DNA of 64,000 nt from Hyphomicrobiaceae bacterium (GCA_041397825.1 JAWKVX010000006.1:292023-356022); one strand, 5' to 3'; shown: positions 10,631 to 20,060, counted from the stretch's first letter. A program made the numbers and translations. Notes: generated by a model from the letters alone, not told the origin.

Positions 10631-11464
10631 CTACCAGCCTCCGGAGGCGCCGCCGCCGCCGAAGCCCCCACCCCCACCGCCCGTCCAGCCGCCGCCGCCC
10701 GAGCCGCCACTCCAGCCGCCAGAGCCACCCCAGCCGCCCGGAACGATGATCCAGTCCGATTTGCGTGTACGACGCCGGCGTGCATCGGCGGCGGTGCCGG
10801 GACGCGGGTGCTCCATCGCCGCCTTGTGCGCCCGCCAGACGATGTAGGCGAAGACGGCGAGCCATAGCAGCAGGAAGATCAATGCCACCCAGTCGATGCT
10901 GTCCTCGCGAAGCCCTCCTCCCGACCGGCGCTCGACCTCGGCGGCATCGCCGAGCAGGGCATCGATGATATCCTTGGCGCCAGCCCTAATTCCCTCGCCA
11001 AACGCACCGCGTCGAAAACGGGGCAGGATGGTCCGCTCTATGATCAGCTTGGAGAGCCCATCCGTCAGGATCGGCTCCAAACGACGCCCGACCTCGATGC
11101 GGACTTTGCGCTCATTCGGTGCAATGATCAGCAGAACGCCGTTGTCCTTGTCCTTCTGGCCGATCCCCCAGTGACGCCCGAGCTGATAGCCGAACTCTTC
11201 GATCTCGTAGCCCTGTAGTGACGGCAGTGTCACAACCACCAGCTGGTCGGTGGATTTCGTCTCAAGCGCCTCGAGCTCGGCCGTCAATGCGGCCTCTTCC
11301 GACGGAGACATAAGGTTGGCGAGGTCGACGATCCGGCCAGTCAGGGTCGGAAAGCTCGGTGCCGCCAGAACCGCAGCGGCAGCCACGAGCGCCAGCAACA
11401 TCGCCGCGCAGCCGAGCACGATCCGGCGATCATTGGCCATGCCTGGTCGGGGCGCCCACGTCAC
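10631..11464 (-). CDS. YgcG-like TPM domain protein with Gly/Trp-rich C-terminal tail
   Basis: Signal/TM segment, TPM core (LTGRIVDLANLMSP...VVVTLPSLQG), TM helix, then tail GGWGGSGGWSGGSGGGGWTGGGGGGFGGGGASGGW. GTG start preceded by GGAGGAG at 8 nt. Confidence 0.8.
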   Translation of the reverse strand: MTWAPRPGMANDRRIVLGCAAMLLALVAAAAVLAAPSFPTLTGRIVDLANLMSPSEEAALTAELEALETKSTDQLVVVTLPSLQGYEIEEFGYQLGRHWGIGQKDKDNGVLLIIAPNERKVRIEVGRRLEPILTDGLSKLIIERTILPRFRRGAFGEGIRAGAKDIIDALLGDAAEVERRSGGGLREDSIDWVALIFLLLWLAVFAYIVWRAHKAAMEHPRPGTAADARRRRTRKSDWIIVPGGWGGSGGWSGGSGGGGWTGGGGGGFGGGGASGGW

Positions 11465-11487
11465 GCGGTGGCCTCCTCCGACCCGGA

Positions 11488-12129
11488 TCAGTTGTTGGTG
11501 GTCGAGCTGGAGCTACCGGTCCCGAAATCGACCTTGGGAGCCGCTTGATCGGCCTCGGAAATCTCGAAACTCGCCATCTCCTTGGCCTCCGGATACATGA
11601 ACGAGCGCCACCAGCGCCCGGGTATCGTCTTGATCTCCGTGTTGAAAACGCGGACCGATTCGATGTAGTCGCGGCGGGCGATGGCCACCCGGTTCTCAAT
11701 ACCCTCGAGCTGGCTCTGAAGCTGCAGGAAATTCTGGTTCGACTTCAGCTCGGGATAATTCTCGGTAATGACCAGGAGCCGAGACAGCGCGCTGCCGAGC
11801 TGACCCTGGTTCTCCATGAACCGCTTCATGGCTTCCGGATTGTTGACGATGTCGGCCGGCAGCTGGGTCTGGGTCGCCTTGGCCCTGGCCTCGATGACCT
11901 CCTTCAGCACCTTCTCCTCTTGCTGGGCGTAGCCCTTGACTGTCTCGACGAGATTGGGAACCAGGTCGGTTCGGCGCTTGTATTGGTTCAAAACCTCGGC
12001 CCAGGCCGCCTTGGCCTGCTCCTCGAAGGTCGGGATGTTGTTGATGCCGCAGCCGGCCAGGCTGGCGACCAGAGCAAGAAGACCGGCAAAGGCGACGAGC
12101 CGCAGCGACCGGACAAGAGCTGTGGACAT
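11488..12129 (-). CDS. LemA family protein
   Basis: N-terminal lipoprotein-like anchor (LVASLAGCG) and the LemA core (FEEQAKAAWAEVLNQYKRRTDLVPNLVETVKGYA..E). ATG at 12129 with GGAG SD. Confidence 0.85.
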   Translation of the reverse strand: MSTALVRSLRLVAFAGLLALVASLAGCGINNIPTFEEQAKAAWAEVLNQYKRRTDLVPNLVETVKGYAQQEEKVLKEVIEARAKATQTQLPADIVNNPEAMKRFMENQGQLGSALSRLLVITENYPELKSNQNFLQLQSQLEGIENRVAIARRDYIESVRVFNTEIKTIPGRWWRSFMYPEAKEMASFEISEADQAAPKVDFGTGSSSSTTNN

Positions 12130-12306
12130 GTGAATTCTCCTAGGGGGAGGGGACCCTTGGAGCTGTGTATTGCTCCGGCGGGATTGACGCAAGCATGCAA
12201 CAGTCGCCCGCCCATCTTGGGTCGCGCCGATTGTTGGCTGCCGATTAAGGATTTAGAGTTGATTCGTTGCCTTTACTTCGGACGTTGAAGCTCGGGGGAG
12301 AACGAC

Positions 12307-12807
12307 ATGCTACGCATGCTCGCCACTGTTGTCGTTGCGGGATTGGTCCTGGCCCCCCCGTCGTCGGCCAAGGCAGGATTTCTCGAGCTCGCCAACGACG
12401 AGGTCTCGCGCGACCGGCACTGCGATCATCAGCCCTGTCGCCGCAACGGCCTCGTGTTCAAGGAGCGCTATGTCAAAGGCCGCTATCTGCGCTACGAGAT
12501 CGTCACCGACTCCGTCGAGTACGGCTATCAGCAGAAGAAGGTCATGGTCGTGCCCCCCGAGGTCGGCCTGAAGCGCCGCCCGGGCGAGTACGACTATCAC
12601 AACGGTCACTATCTGCTGGTAGCAACCGACAAACCGACGACCCAATACGCACCGGCGCAGTACGAGGACGTCGAGATTCAGATTCTCAAAGCCCCGGCCA
12701 AGCACCGCGTCTACCGCAAACGGCCCTACACGGCATACTACAAGGACAAGGCCGTCGTCATGCAGCGGTGCAGCGTACGGGATCTGTTCGGCTTCTGTCT
12801 CGACTGA
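12307..12807 (+). CDS. hypothetical exported protein
   Basis: 166 aa with signal peptide MLRMLATVVVAGLVLAPPSSAKA, Tyr/Lys-rich, four Cys, GGGGGAG SD. No family recognised. Confidence 0.6.
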   Translation: MLRMLATVVVAGLVLAPPSSAKAGFLELANDEVSRDRHCDHQPCRRNGLVFKERYVKGRYLRYEIVTDSVEYGYQQKKVMVVPPEVGLKRRPGEYDYHNGHYLLVATDKPTTQYAPAQYEDVEIQILKAPAKHRVYRKRPYTAYYKDKAVVMQRCSVRDLFGFCLD

Positions 12808-12819
12808 CCAACGGCCGTC

Positions 12820-13536
12820 CTATTCGCTGACATTGTCGGCCCTGACCCAATATCTCGACCACAACGGCTCGTTCCCGAGACTGTCGACGAACGTGCGATG
12901 AGCTGCGAGCTCCTCGGCAGTCAGACGGGTGGCCAGTGGCACCGGTCGCGGGGAGACGCGAACGCGTTTGGGTCCGCGGAGCATCGTGCCGCTGGCCTCG
13001 GTCGCCAGATCGAGCTTGGCCTGATGGCCGCCGATCAGCTCCAGATACACTTCCGCCAAGAGCTCGGAATCGAGGAGTGCTCCGTGCTTCGTTCGATTGG
13101 AGTTGTCGATCTGATAGCGCTTGCAGAGCGCATCGAGGCTCGCCTGTGCGCCCGGATGCTTCCGGCGTGCGAGCGCCAGCGTGTCGACCACCCGATCAAA
13201 ACCAATCGGCGGACGCCCGACCCGCTGCAGCTCGGCGTTGATGAAACCGATGTCGAAGCTGGCATTGTGGATGATCAGAATGGAATCGCCGATGAACTCG
13301 AGAAAGCTCTCGGCGATGGCGGAGAAGAGCGGCTTGCCCTTGAGGAAGGCCGTCGAGATGCCGTGCACGCGCTCCGCGTCGGACGGCACATCGCGCTCGG
13401 GGTCGATATAGTGGTGGAAGGTCTGGCCGCTCGGAAAGTGATTGATCAGCTCCACACAGCCGAGCTCAACGAGTCGGTGGCCGGCATTCGGGTCGAGCCC
13501 CGTCGTTTCCGTATCGAGAACGATCTCACGCAGCAT
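12820..13536 (-). CDS. dnaQ: DNA polymerase III subunit epsilon (3'-5' exonuclease)
   Basis: MLREIVLDTETTGLDP (ExoI), HNASFDIGFIN (ExoII), HGALLDSELLAEVY (ExoIII). Confidence 0.95.
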   Translation of the reverse strand: MLREIVLDTETTGLDPNAGHRLVELGCVELINHFPSGQTFHHYIDPERDVPSDAERVHGISTAFLKGKPLFSAIAESFLEFIGDSILIIHNASFDIGFINAELQRVGRPPIGFDRVVDTLALARRKHPGAQASLDALCKRYQIDNSNRTKHGALLDSELLAEVYLELIGGHQAKLDLATEASGTMLRGPKRVRVSPRPVPLATRLTAEELAAHRTFVDSLGNEPLWSRYWVRADNVSE

Positions 13537-13558
13537 GGCAATCCATCGTGTAGCGCGG

Positions 13559-14173
13559 TCAGGTCCAACACCGCTCGTAGGCCGAGCCTCGGCGTCCCTT
13601 CAGGTCGGCGACAATAGACTCGATTTGCGCCCTCGTTTCATCCAGCGTGCCGCTGGTATCCACGACGAAATCGGCGCGCCTGCGCTTCTCCGCGTCGCCA
13701 ATCTGACGGGAAAGGATGGCCTCGAGCTTCTCGGCCGTCATGCCGGGGCGCTCCAGGACACGCTGGCGCTGGAGCTCGGCCGGAGCACTCACCACGACCG
13801 TCAGATCAACCAGCCTCTCTCCACCGGTCTCGAAGAGGAGCGGAATCTCCAACACCGCCAGAGGCTCACCCGCCGACATGCCATCAGCGAGGAATCGGCG
13901 CTGGCCGGCGCGCACCAGCGGATGAACGATCGCTTCGAGGCGCCTGAAACCGGAGGGATCGCCCATCAGCGCTTGGGAGAGCAGCGTCCGGTCGACCTCA
14001 CCGCCGCGGGTCGTGCCGGGAAATGCGGCCTCGATCAACGGCGCAGCCTCCGCGGCATAGAGGCGGTGCACCTCCGCATCGGAATCGAACACGGGAATGC
14101 CGCAGTCGCGAAGAAATCCTGCCGCCGCACTCTTGCCCATGCCGATCGACCCCGTGAGACCAATGATGAGCAT
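13559..14173 (-). CDS. coaE: dephospho-CoA kinase
   Basis: MLIIGLTGSIGMGKS P-loop, 204 aa. This is only the C-terminal part of the 473-aa track ORF. Its ATG shares one base with the aroE stop (TGATG). Confidence 0.92.
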   Translation of the reverse strand: MLIIGLTGSIGMGKSAAAGFLRDCGIPVFDSDAEVHRLYAAEAAPLIEAAFPGTTRGGEVDRTLLSQALMGDPSGFRRLEAIVHPLVRAGQRRFLADGMSAGEPLAVLEIPLLFETGGERLVDLTVVVSAPAELQRQRVLERPGMTAEKLEAILSRQIGDAEKRRRADFVVDTSGTLDETRAQIESIVADLKGRRGSAYERCWT

Positions 14174-15012
14174 CAGGCGGCCTCGATGTCTCGTGCGATC
14201 AGCGCCCGAAGCTCCGCGGTCACGACCGGCCGAACGCCGAACCACCGCTCGAATCCCGGGACGGCCTGATTGAGGAGCATCCCAAGGCCGTCGACGGTCG
14301 CATGGCCGAGCGTTCTTGCCGTAGCCAGCAGCGGCGTCTCGAGCGGCGCATAGACGATGTCGGCAACCGTCGCCGGTGGCCGCAGGCGGGCGAGATCGAT
14401 CTCGAGTGGCGGCTGGCCCAGCATGCCGAGCGACGTCGTGTTGACGAGCACGCTGGCCTCGTCGAGCACGTTTTGGCGTTCCACCCAGTCGCGGACGACG
14501 ACGCGACGGCCGAAATGACCAGCCAGCGCCTCGGCCCGATCGCGCGACCGATTGACGAGCACGATCCGTTCGACGCCGGCCGCCAGAAATCCGTGTGCGA
14601 TGGCGCGCGCCGCGCCGCCTGCGCCGAGGAGCACGGTCGTCCCGTCCCGCCGCTGCCACTCCGGCGCCGCCACGCCCAGATGAGTCATGAAACCGTAGGC
14701 ATCGGTATTGTCGGCCTGTAGACGGCCGCGCTCGAGCCAGAGCGTGTTGGCCGCGCCGATGCTGCGCGCCGTCTCCGTTGCCTCGCCGGCGAGCGCCAGG
14801 GCCTGCTCCTTGTGCGGAACCGTCACATTGCCGCCGACGAACCCTCGCTCGGCCAGCCCGCCCAGAAAGGCACCAAGCTCCTCCGGCCTGACGGCAACCT
14901 TCTCGTAGCTGCCAGCCAATCCATAGGTGTTCAACCAATGCCCATGGATCAACGGCGAGCGTGAATGATGGATCGGCCAACCAATGACGAAGGCCCGGGG
15001 CGAAATGCTCAC
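14173..15012 (-). CDS. aroE: shikimate dehydrogenase
   Basis: FVIGWPIHHSRSPLIHGHWL, NVTVPHK, LGAGGAARA motifs. GTG start at 15012 overlaps the maf stop (GTGA). Confidence 0.9.
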   Translation of the reverse strand: MSISPRAFVIGWPIHHSRSPLIHGHWLNTYGLAGSYEKVAVRPEELGAFLGGLAERGFVGGNVTVPHKEQALALAGEATETARSIGAANTLWLERGRLQADNTDAYGFMTHLGVAAPEWQRRDGTTVLLGAGGAARAIAHGFLAAGVERIVLVNRSRDRAEALAGHFGRRVVVRDWVERQNVLDEASVLVNTTSLGMLGQPPLEIDLARLRPPATVADIVYAPLETPLLATARTLGHATVDGLGMLLNQAVPGFERWFGVRPVVTAELRALIARDIEAA

Positions 15013-15623
15013 GACGTCAGCATCCCGACGGTGCGAAGACGATTGAGAAGAGCAATGATGGGTAGACCGAGAACGGCGAAATAGTCCCCTCGCGTCTCGT
15101 CGAACAGCTGCACGCCGATCTCCTCCAGACGATAGGCGCCAACCGATTGGGTCAGCGCATCGCCAGCGACCCGCAGATAGTGCTCGAGCCACTCGTCGGA
15201 GAAGTCACGCATGTGCAGCTCGGCGTATTCGGTATGCCGCCAGACCGTTTCGCCGGTCTTCGCCAGGCTGATGGCCGAGATCAGCGTATGCCACCGCCCA
15301 CGCAGCGCCACCAGCTTTGCATGGGCCTCGTCGAGACTTCGAGCCTTGCTCAACGTCTGGTCTCCGAGAGCCAGCACCTGATCCGCACCGATCACGAGCG
15401 CTCCTGGCGACCGGCGACTGACCTCGCGCGCCTTGGCCTCGGCGAGTGCCAGAGCGACATCTGCAGGGTCCAAGACACCGGCGGCCGCGAGCTCAATGCG
15501 GAGGGCGGCCTCATCCACCTTGGGGGCGACCACTGTGAACTCGAGCCCGGCGCTGGCAAGCAGCTGGCGACGGATGCCACTCGTCGAGGCCAGGACGAGT
15601 TCCGAGACGATCGGCTTAGACAT
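15009..15623 (-). CDS. maf: Maf family nucleoside triphosphate pyrophosphatase
   Basis: MSKPIVSELVLASTSGIRRQLL..., ...GAYRLEE.G. Internal ATG at 15623 overlaps the upstream gene stop by 8 nt. Confidence 0.88.
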   Translation of the reverse strand: MSKPIVSELVLASTSGIRRQLLASAGLEFTVVAPKVDEAALRIELAAAGVLDPADVALALAEAKAREVSRRSPGALVIGADQVLALGDQTLSKARSLDEAHAKLVALRGRWHTLISAISLAKTGETVWRHTEYAELHMRDFSDEWLEHYLRVAGDALTQSVGAYRLEEIGVQLFDETRGDYFAVLGLPIIALLNRLRTVGMLTS

Positions 15624-16473
15624 TCTCGTCCTCCGGTTCCTGCAGGCCGCCCTCCTGATGGTGATCATAGAGCTGGACGATCGCCGCCGCCGTCTCCTCG
15701 ATCGAGCGGCGCGTGACGTCGAGAATCGGCCAGCCACGGTCCGCGCATAGCTTGCGCGTGAAAGCCAGCTCGTCGGCGATCCGCTCCCTATCGACATAGT
15801 CGCCGAGGTCGCCGCCGCCGAGGCTCAGAACCCGATTGCGCCGAATCTGCGCGATCCGCTCCGGATTGGCAACAAGGCCGACGATGAAAGTCTTTGTCGG
15901 TCGGTTGAACTGCGGCGGCAATGCAATCCCCGGCACAAGCGGCAGGTTGGTCGTCTTGTAGCCGCGGTTGGCGAGGTAGATGCTGGTCGGCGTCTTCGAG
16001 GTGCGAGAGATGCCGAGCAGGACGATATCGGCCTCGTCGAGGTCACCCGGCAGCTGACCGTCGTCGTGAACCAGGGTGAAGTTCAGCGCATCGATACGCT
16101 TGAAGTAGGCCGCATCGAGCACGTGCTGACCTCCGACCGTCGGAGTCTGCGGCGCGCCGAGATAGGATTCGAACGTCTTCATGACCGGATCCAGCACCGG
16201 AACGCAGGGCACGCCGAGTGACTGGCATCGTTGCTCGAGACCCTGACCCAGCTGCCGGTTCACAAGCGTATAGAGGACGATGCCCGGGGCCTCCTCGATC
16301 TCGGCCATGACGCGTGTCAGCTGCCGGTGATTGCGAACTAGGGGATGCACGTGCTCCGTCGCCCGGACCTGCGCATACTGGACGGCAACCGCCTTGGCGA
16401 TGGCCCGCAGCGTCTCGCCGGTCGAGTCCGAGACAAGATGCAGATGGAACGTGCCTGCCGGCGATTTGGTCAT
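15616..16473 (-). CDS. pyruvate,phosphate dikinase / PEP synthase regulatory protein (DUF299 kinase/pyrophosphorylase)
   Basis: HLHLVSDSTGETL, GISRTSKTPTS P-loop-like motif, 285 aa. First gene to the left of the origin gap, as in the Caulobacter Cori arrangement. Confidence 0.88.
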   Translation of the reverse strand: MTKSPAGTFHLHLVSDSTGETLRAIAKAVAVQYAQVRATEHVHPLVRNHRQLTRVMAEIEEAPGIVLYTLVNRQLGQGLEQRCQSLGVPCVPVLDPVMKTFESYLGAPQTPTVGGQHVLDAAYFKRIDALNFTLVHDDGQLPGDLDEADIVLLGISRTSKTPTSIYLANRGYKTTNLPLVPGIALPPQFNRPTKTFIVGLVANPERIAQIRRNRVLSLGGGDLGDYVDRERIADELAFTRKLCADRGWPILDVTRRSIEETAAAIVQLYDHHQEGGLQEPEDENV

Positions 16474-16885
16474 CTGTGGACGAGTGTTGATAAGTCGGTC
16501 CTAGCCCTGCCCGGCCCATCCGGCGGCTGAACTGCTCGACAGCCTATCCCGAAATCCCTCCACAGCCATAGCGCCTGTGGAAACGCCAGCCCAGCCAAAG
16601 GCAATCCCCGTGCGAAAGCCGAAGATCGGTGCTTTCTTCACAATCTCTCCACTGCCGACGCAATATCGCCGACACCCAATTCTCGATGCTAAGTTCCGCA
16701 AACAGCTGCGGAATTCGCCGATTCTTTCGATTTCAATCAGGATCGATCGTGGCCGTGCCCGTATTCCGGTCTCCTGAACGAAGCCTGTGGATCGGCTGGT
16801 GGCAAACGACAATTCCCGTTATCCAGTCCGGTAATAGAAAAATCTTCAAAGAGTCCTTTCGAAGAAAGGAGTCTTACCGACCGAC
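16474..16885. other. candidate chromosomal replication origin (Cori/oriC-type)
   Basis: Non-coding gap between the DUF299 gene and hemE, with divergent flanking transcription. Six DnaA-box-like 9-mers (7-8/9 matches), three GANTC sites and an A/T-rich stretch at 16831-16850. Confidence 0.6.
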
Positions 16886-17965
16886 GTGGAGAAGCCCGTG
16901 AGCCCATCGAGCAAGGCATCGACGCCTTCGAACCGGCCCATGCTGCAAGTGTTTTCAGGAAAAAACCTGACACCGCCTCCCATTTGGCTCATGCGGCAGG
17001 CCGGACGCTATCTGCCGGAGTATCGGGAGGTCAGGGCCAGGGCAGGGTCGTTTCTCGACCTGTGCTTCAATCCTGAGCTGGCCACCGAAGTCACGCTCCA
17101 ACCCATCCGGCGTTACGGTTTCGACGCAGCGATCATCTTTTCCGATATCCTCGTCGTACCTTGGGCTCTGGGCCAACCGGTGCGCTTTGTCGAAGGGGAG
17201 GGGCCGCGCCTCGACCCTTTGACCTCGGCGGCTGATCTGGCACGACTTCAAACCGAAGGCCTTACGAAACGGCTAGCGCCGGTCTACGAGGCTGTTGCAC
17301 GCACACGCGCTACTCTGTCCAAAGAGACCGCCCTCATCGGCTTCTGTGGTGCACCCTGGACAGTCGCGACCTATATGGTCGCCGGCCGCGGAACGACCGA
17401 TCAGGCGCCTGCCCGGCTCTGGGCCTACCGCGACCAGTCCGGCTTCCAGGAGCTCATCGACCTTCTGGTAGAGGCGTCGATTGCCCATTTGACGGCTCAG
17501 GTCCATGTCGGAGCGGATCTACTGCAGATTTTCGATACGTGGGCCGGCATCCTTCCCGATACCGAGTTCGAGACCTGGGTGACGGCGCCGACGACCCGCA
17601 TCGTGCAAGGGCTGCGCGCTGCCGGAGTCACGGTCCCGATCATCGGATTTCCGCGAGGTGCGGGCGGACGGTCGCGGACCTATGCGCTGGCGACCGGTGT
17701 CGATGGCATGGGCTGCGACACCGCCATGCCTCTCGCCCAGATGACGGACCTCGCGCGTGGGACGGCTGTCCAAGGCAAACTCGATCCGCTGCTCCTGGTC
17801 GCGGGCGGCGCTGAGCTCGACCGCCAGATCGATCTGACGCTCGAGGCGCTGGCGGGCCTGCCCCACATCTTCAACCTCGGGCACGGAATCGTGCCCGAGA
17901 CCCCGCCGGAGCATGTGGCCCGACTGATCGCCCGGGTAAGGCAAGGGGGAGGCCGGCATGTCTGA
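16886..17965 (+). CDS. hemE: uroporphyrinogen decarboxylase
   Basis: [31 protein letters not shown], 359 aa. The exact GTG start is uncertain. Confidence 0.93.
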   Translation: MEKPVSPSSKASTPSNRPMLQVFSGKNLTPPPIWLMRQAGRYLPEYREVRARAGSFLDLCFNPELATEVTLQPIRRYGFDAAIIFSDILVVPWALGQPVRFVEGEGPRLDPLTSAADLARLQTEGLTKRLAPVYEAVARTRATLSKETALIGFCGAPWTVATYMVAGRGTTDQAPARLWAYRDQSGFQELIDLLVEASIAHLTAQVHVGADLLQIFDTWAGILPDTEFETWVTAPTTRIVQGLRAAGVTVPIIGFPRGAGGRSRTYALATGVDGMGCDTAMPLAQMTDLARGTAVQGKLDPLLLVAGGAELDRQIDLTLEALAGLPHIFNLGHGIVPETPPEHVARLIARVRQGGGRHV

Positions 17966-18491
17966 CCGAACCAAGACCGATAGGGAATCACCTGCCCTAA
18001 GAGCCGCAATCGCACTTGCCATCACGGTCGCGCTGGTCATCGCGTCTGCATGGCTGTTTGGCGATCAGGCCTATCTGTGGGTCAAGGCCGGCCATGTCTC
18101 CGCCATCATCGCCTGGATGGCCGGGATGCTCTATTTGCCGCGCCTATTCGTCTACCACAGCGAGGCTGAGGCCGGCGGAGATGTCTCCGAGACATTCAAG
18201 GTCATGGAGCGGCGCCTCCTCCGGATCATCATCAATCCCGCCATGGTACTGGCTTGGGTGTTCGGGCTCTGGCTCGCTTGGCAGGCAGGGTTTCTCGGCT
18301 CGGCCTGGTTCCACGCCAAGCTGGCCCTGGTCGTGGGGCTGTCGGCCCTACATGGCTATCTAGCCTGGTCGGTCCGGCAGTTCGCCGAGGATCGCAATCG
18401 AAGATCGGCCCGTCATTGGCGCATGATGAACGAGGTTCCGGCACTGCTCATGCTGGGCATCGTCGTGCTCGTCATCGTGAAGCCATTTTGA
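17958..18491 (+). CDS. hemJ: protoporphyrinogen IX oxidase HemJ
   Basis: [46 protein letters not shown], ending VIVKPF. Overlaps hemE by 8 nt. Confidence 0.85.
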   Translation: MSDRTKTDRESPALRAAIALAITVALVIASAWLFGDQAYLWVKAGHVSAIIAWMAGMLYLPRLFVYHSEAEAGGDVSETFKVMERRLLRIIINPAMVLAWVFGLWLAWQAGFLGSAWFHAKLALVVGLSALHGYLAWSVRQFAEDRNRRSARHWRMMNEVPALLMLGIVVLVIVKPF

Positions 18492-18719
18492 TGCGTCATT
18501 AACACCCGCGAAAGATGCGCTTCCGGTACCGCGACGCTTCTGCTATAGTTCAACATCACGTTCCCTCACCAGGACAGTACCGGCGAATCTTCATCTCGCC
18601 GTCGGGCCGAGGAGCGCTGCAATCGAGCGGCGCCCGTACGGACCCAAGCAGTCACCCACCCCTCCCCTCCTTGCCGACGGACACCCGCACCGCGGCTCGA
18701 TCTCTCCCCGGAGTGCCTT
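18492..18719 (+). promoter_or_regulatory. rho leader with C-rich, G-poor rut-like tract
   Basis: 228-bp untranslated gap. Tract acccaagcagtcacccacccctcccctccttgcc at about 18641-18692. Confidence 0.4.
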
Positions 18720-19985
18720 ATGCAGGAAATGAAGCTCGAGGACCTGAAGCAGAAGAACCCGATGGAGCTCTTGAGCTTCGCCGAGGAGGTTCAGGTCGAG
18801 AACGCCAGCGCGCTGAGAAAGCAGGAGCTGATGTTCGCCATCCTGAAGCAGCTCGCTGCCAAGGACATCAACATCATGGGCACCGGCGTCGTCGAGGTGC
18901 TGCAAGACGGATTCGGCTTCCTGCGCTCGCCTGACGCCAACTATCTCCCCGGTCCCGACGACATCTATGTGAGCCCGAGCCAGATCCGCCGGTTCGCTCT
19001 GAGGACCGGCGATACGGTCGAAGGCGAGATTCGGAGCCCAAAGGAGGGCGAGCGTTATTTCGCGCTTCTCAAGGTCAACAAGATCAATTTCGAGGATCCG
19101 GAAGCCCAGCGGCACAAGATCCATTTCGACAATCTGACCCCGCTCTATCCGACGCAGCGACTGAAGATGGAGATCGAGAATCCGACCATCAAGGATTTGA
19201 CGCCGAGGGTGATCGACATCGTGGCGCCGATCGGCAAGGGCCAGCGCTCTCTCATCGTCGCGCAGCCGCGTACCGGCAAGACCATCATTCTCCAGAACAT
19301 CGCCCATTCGATCACGGCGAATCACCCCGAATGCTACCTCATCGTTCTATTGATCGACGAGCGGCCGGAGGAGGTCACCGACATGCAGCGCTCGGTCAAG
19401 GGCGAGGTGGTGTCCTCGACCTTCGACGAGCCGGCGGCGCGCCACGTGCAAGTCGCCGAGATGGTGATCGAGAAGGCGAAACGTCTCGTCGAGCACAAGC
19501 GCGACGTGGTCATTCTGCTGGATTCGATCACTCGCCTCGGCCGGGCCTACAACACCGTGGTTCCGTCCTCCGGCAAGGTGCTGACCGGCGGCGTCGATTC
19601 CAATGCACTACAGCGGCCGAAGCGGTTCTTCGGTGCTGCCCGAAATATCGAGGAAGGCGGCTCTCTGACCATCATCGCGACGGCCCTCATCGACACCGGC
19701 AGCCGAATGGACGAGGTGATCTTCGAAGAGTTCAAGGGCACCGGTAACTCGGAAATCGTGCTCGACCGCAAGGTCGCCGACAAGCGTGTGTTCCCAGCCA
19801 TCGACATCGCCAAGTCGGGCACCCGCAAGGAGGACTTGCTGACGTCGCCCGAGCAGTTGAAGAAGGTCTTCGTGCTGCGCCGCATCCTCAATCCAATGGG
19901 CGCCATGGAAAGCATCGAGTTCCTACTCGACAAGCTGCGAGCCACGAAGTCGAACAACGACTTCTTCACCAGCATGAATGCCTGA
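18720..19985 (+). CDS. rho: transcription termination factor Rho
   Basis: 421 aa, [25 protein letters not shown] Walker [11 protein letters not shown]. Confidence 0.97.
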   Translation: MQEMKLEDLKQKNPMELLSFAEEVQVENASALRKQELMFAILKQLAAKDINIMGTGVVEVLQDGFGFLRSPDANYLPGPDDIYVSPSQIRRFALRTGDTVEGEIRSPKEGERYFALLKVNKINFEDPEAQRHKIHFDNLTPLYPTQRLKMEIENPTIKDLTPRVIDIVAPIGKGQRSLIVAQPRTGKTIILQNIAHSITANHPECYLIVLLIDERPEEVTDMQRSVKGEVVSSTFDEPAARHVQVAEMVIEKAKRLVEHKRDVVILLDSITRLGRAYNTVVPSSGKVLTGGVDSNALQRPKRFFGAARNIEEGGSLTIIATALIDTGSRMDEVIFEEFKGTGNSEIVLDRKVADKRVFPAIDIAKSGTRKEDLLTSPEQLKKVFVLRRILNPMGAMESIEFLLDKLRATKSNNDFFTSMNA

Positions 19986-19992
19986 GGTTCGA

Positions 19993-20018
19993 GGCGGTCG
20001 CGGCTAACCGCTACCGCC
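19993..20018 (+). terminator. GC-rich hairpin downstream of rho (no U-tract)
   Basis: ggcggt-c-gcgg-ctaa-ccgc-t-accgcc, 10 paired positions, not followed by a T-run. Confidence 0.3.
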
Positions 20019-20060
20019 GTGGACCGAGCGTTGGCTCTTGGGACGGTCTGCTCTCATAGT

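Noticed and set aside
10631-10745. Repetitive GC-rich DNA (ccgccgccgcc / ccagccgcc runs)
   Set aside because: Not a tandem-repeat locus or CRISPR. It encodes the Gly/Trp-rich C-terminal tail of the YgcG-like protein.
13559-14980. 473-aa ORF on the minus strand
   Set aside because: Only the last 204 aa (MLIIGLTGSIGMGKS...) are CoaE. The upstream part is an Arg/Gly/Ala-rich out-of-frame read-through across aroE.
19986-20000. tRNA-like GGTTCGA motif after rho
   Set aside because: The context ggttcgaggcgg does not complete a T-arm (GGTTCGANTCC), and no acceptor or anticodon arms can be drawn. It is part of a simple hairpin.
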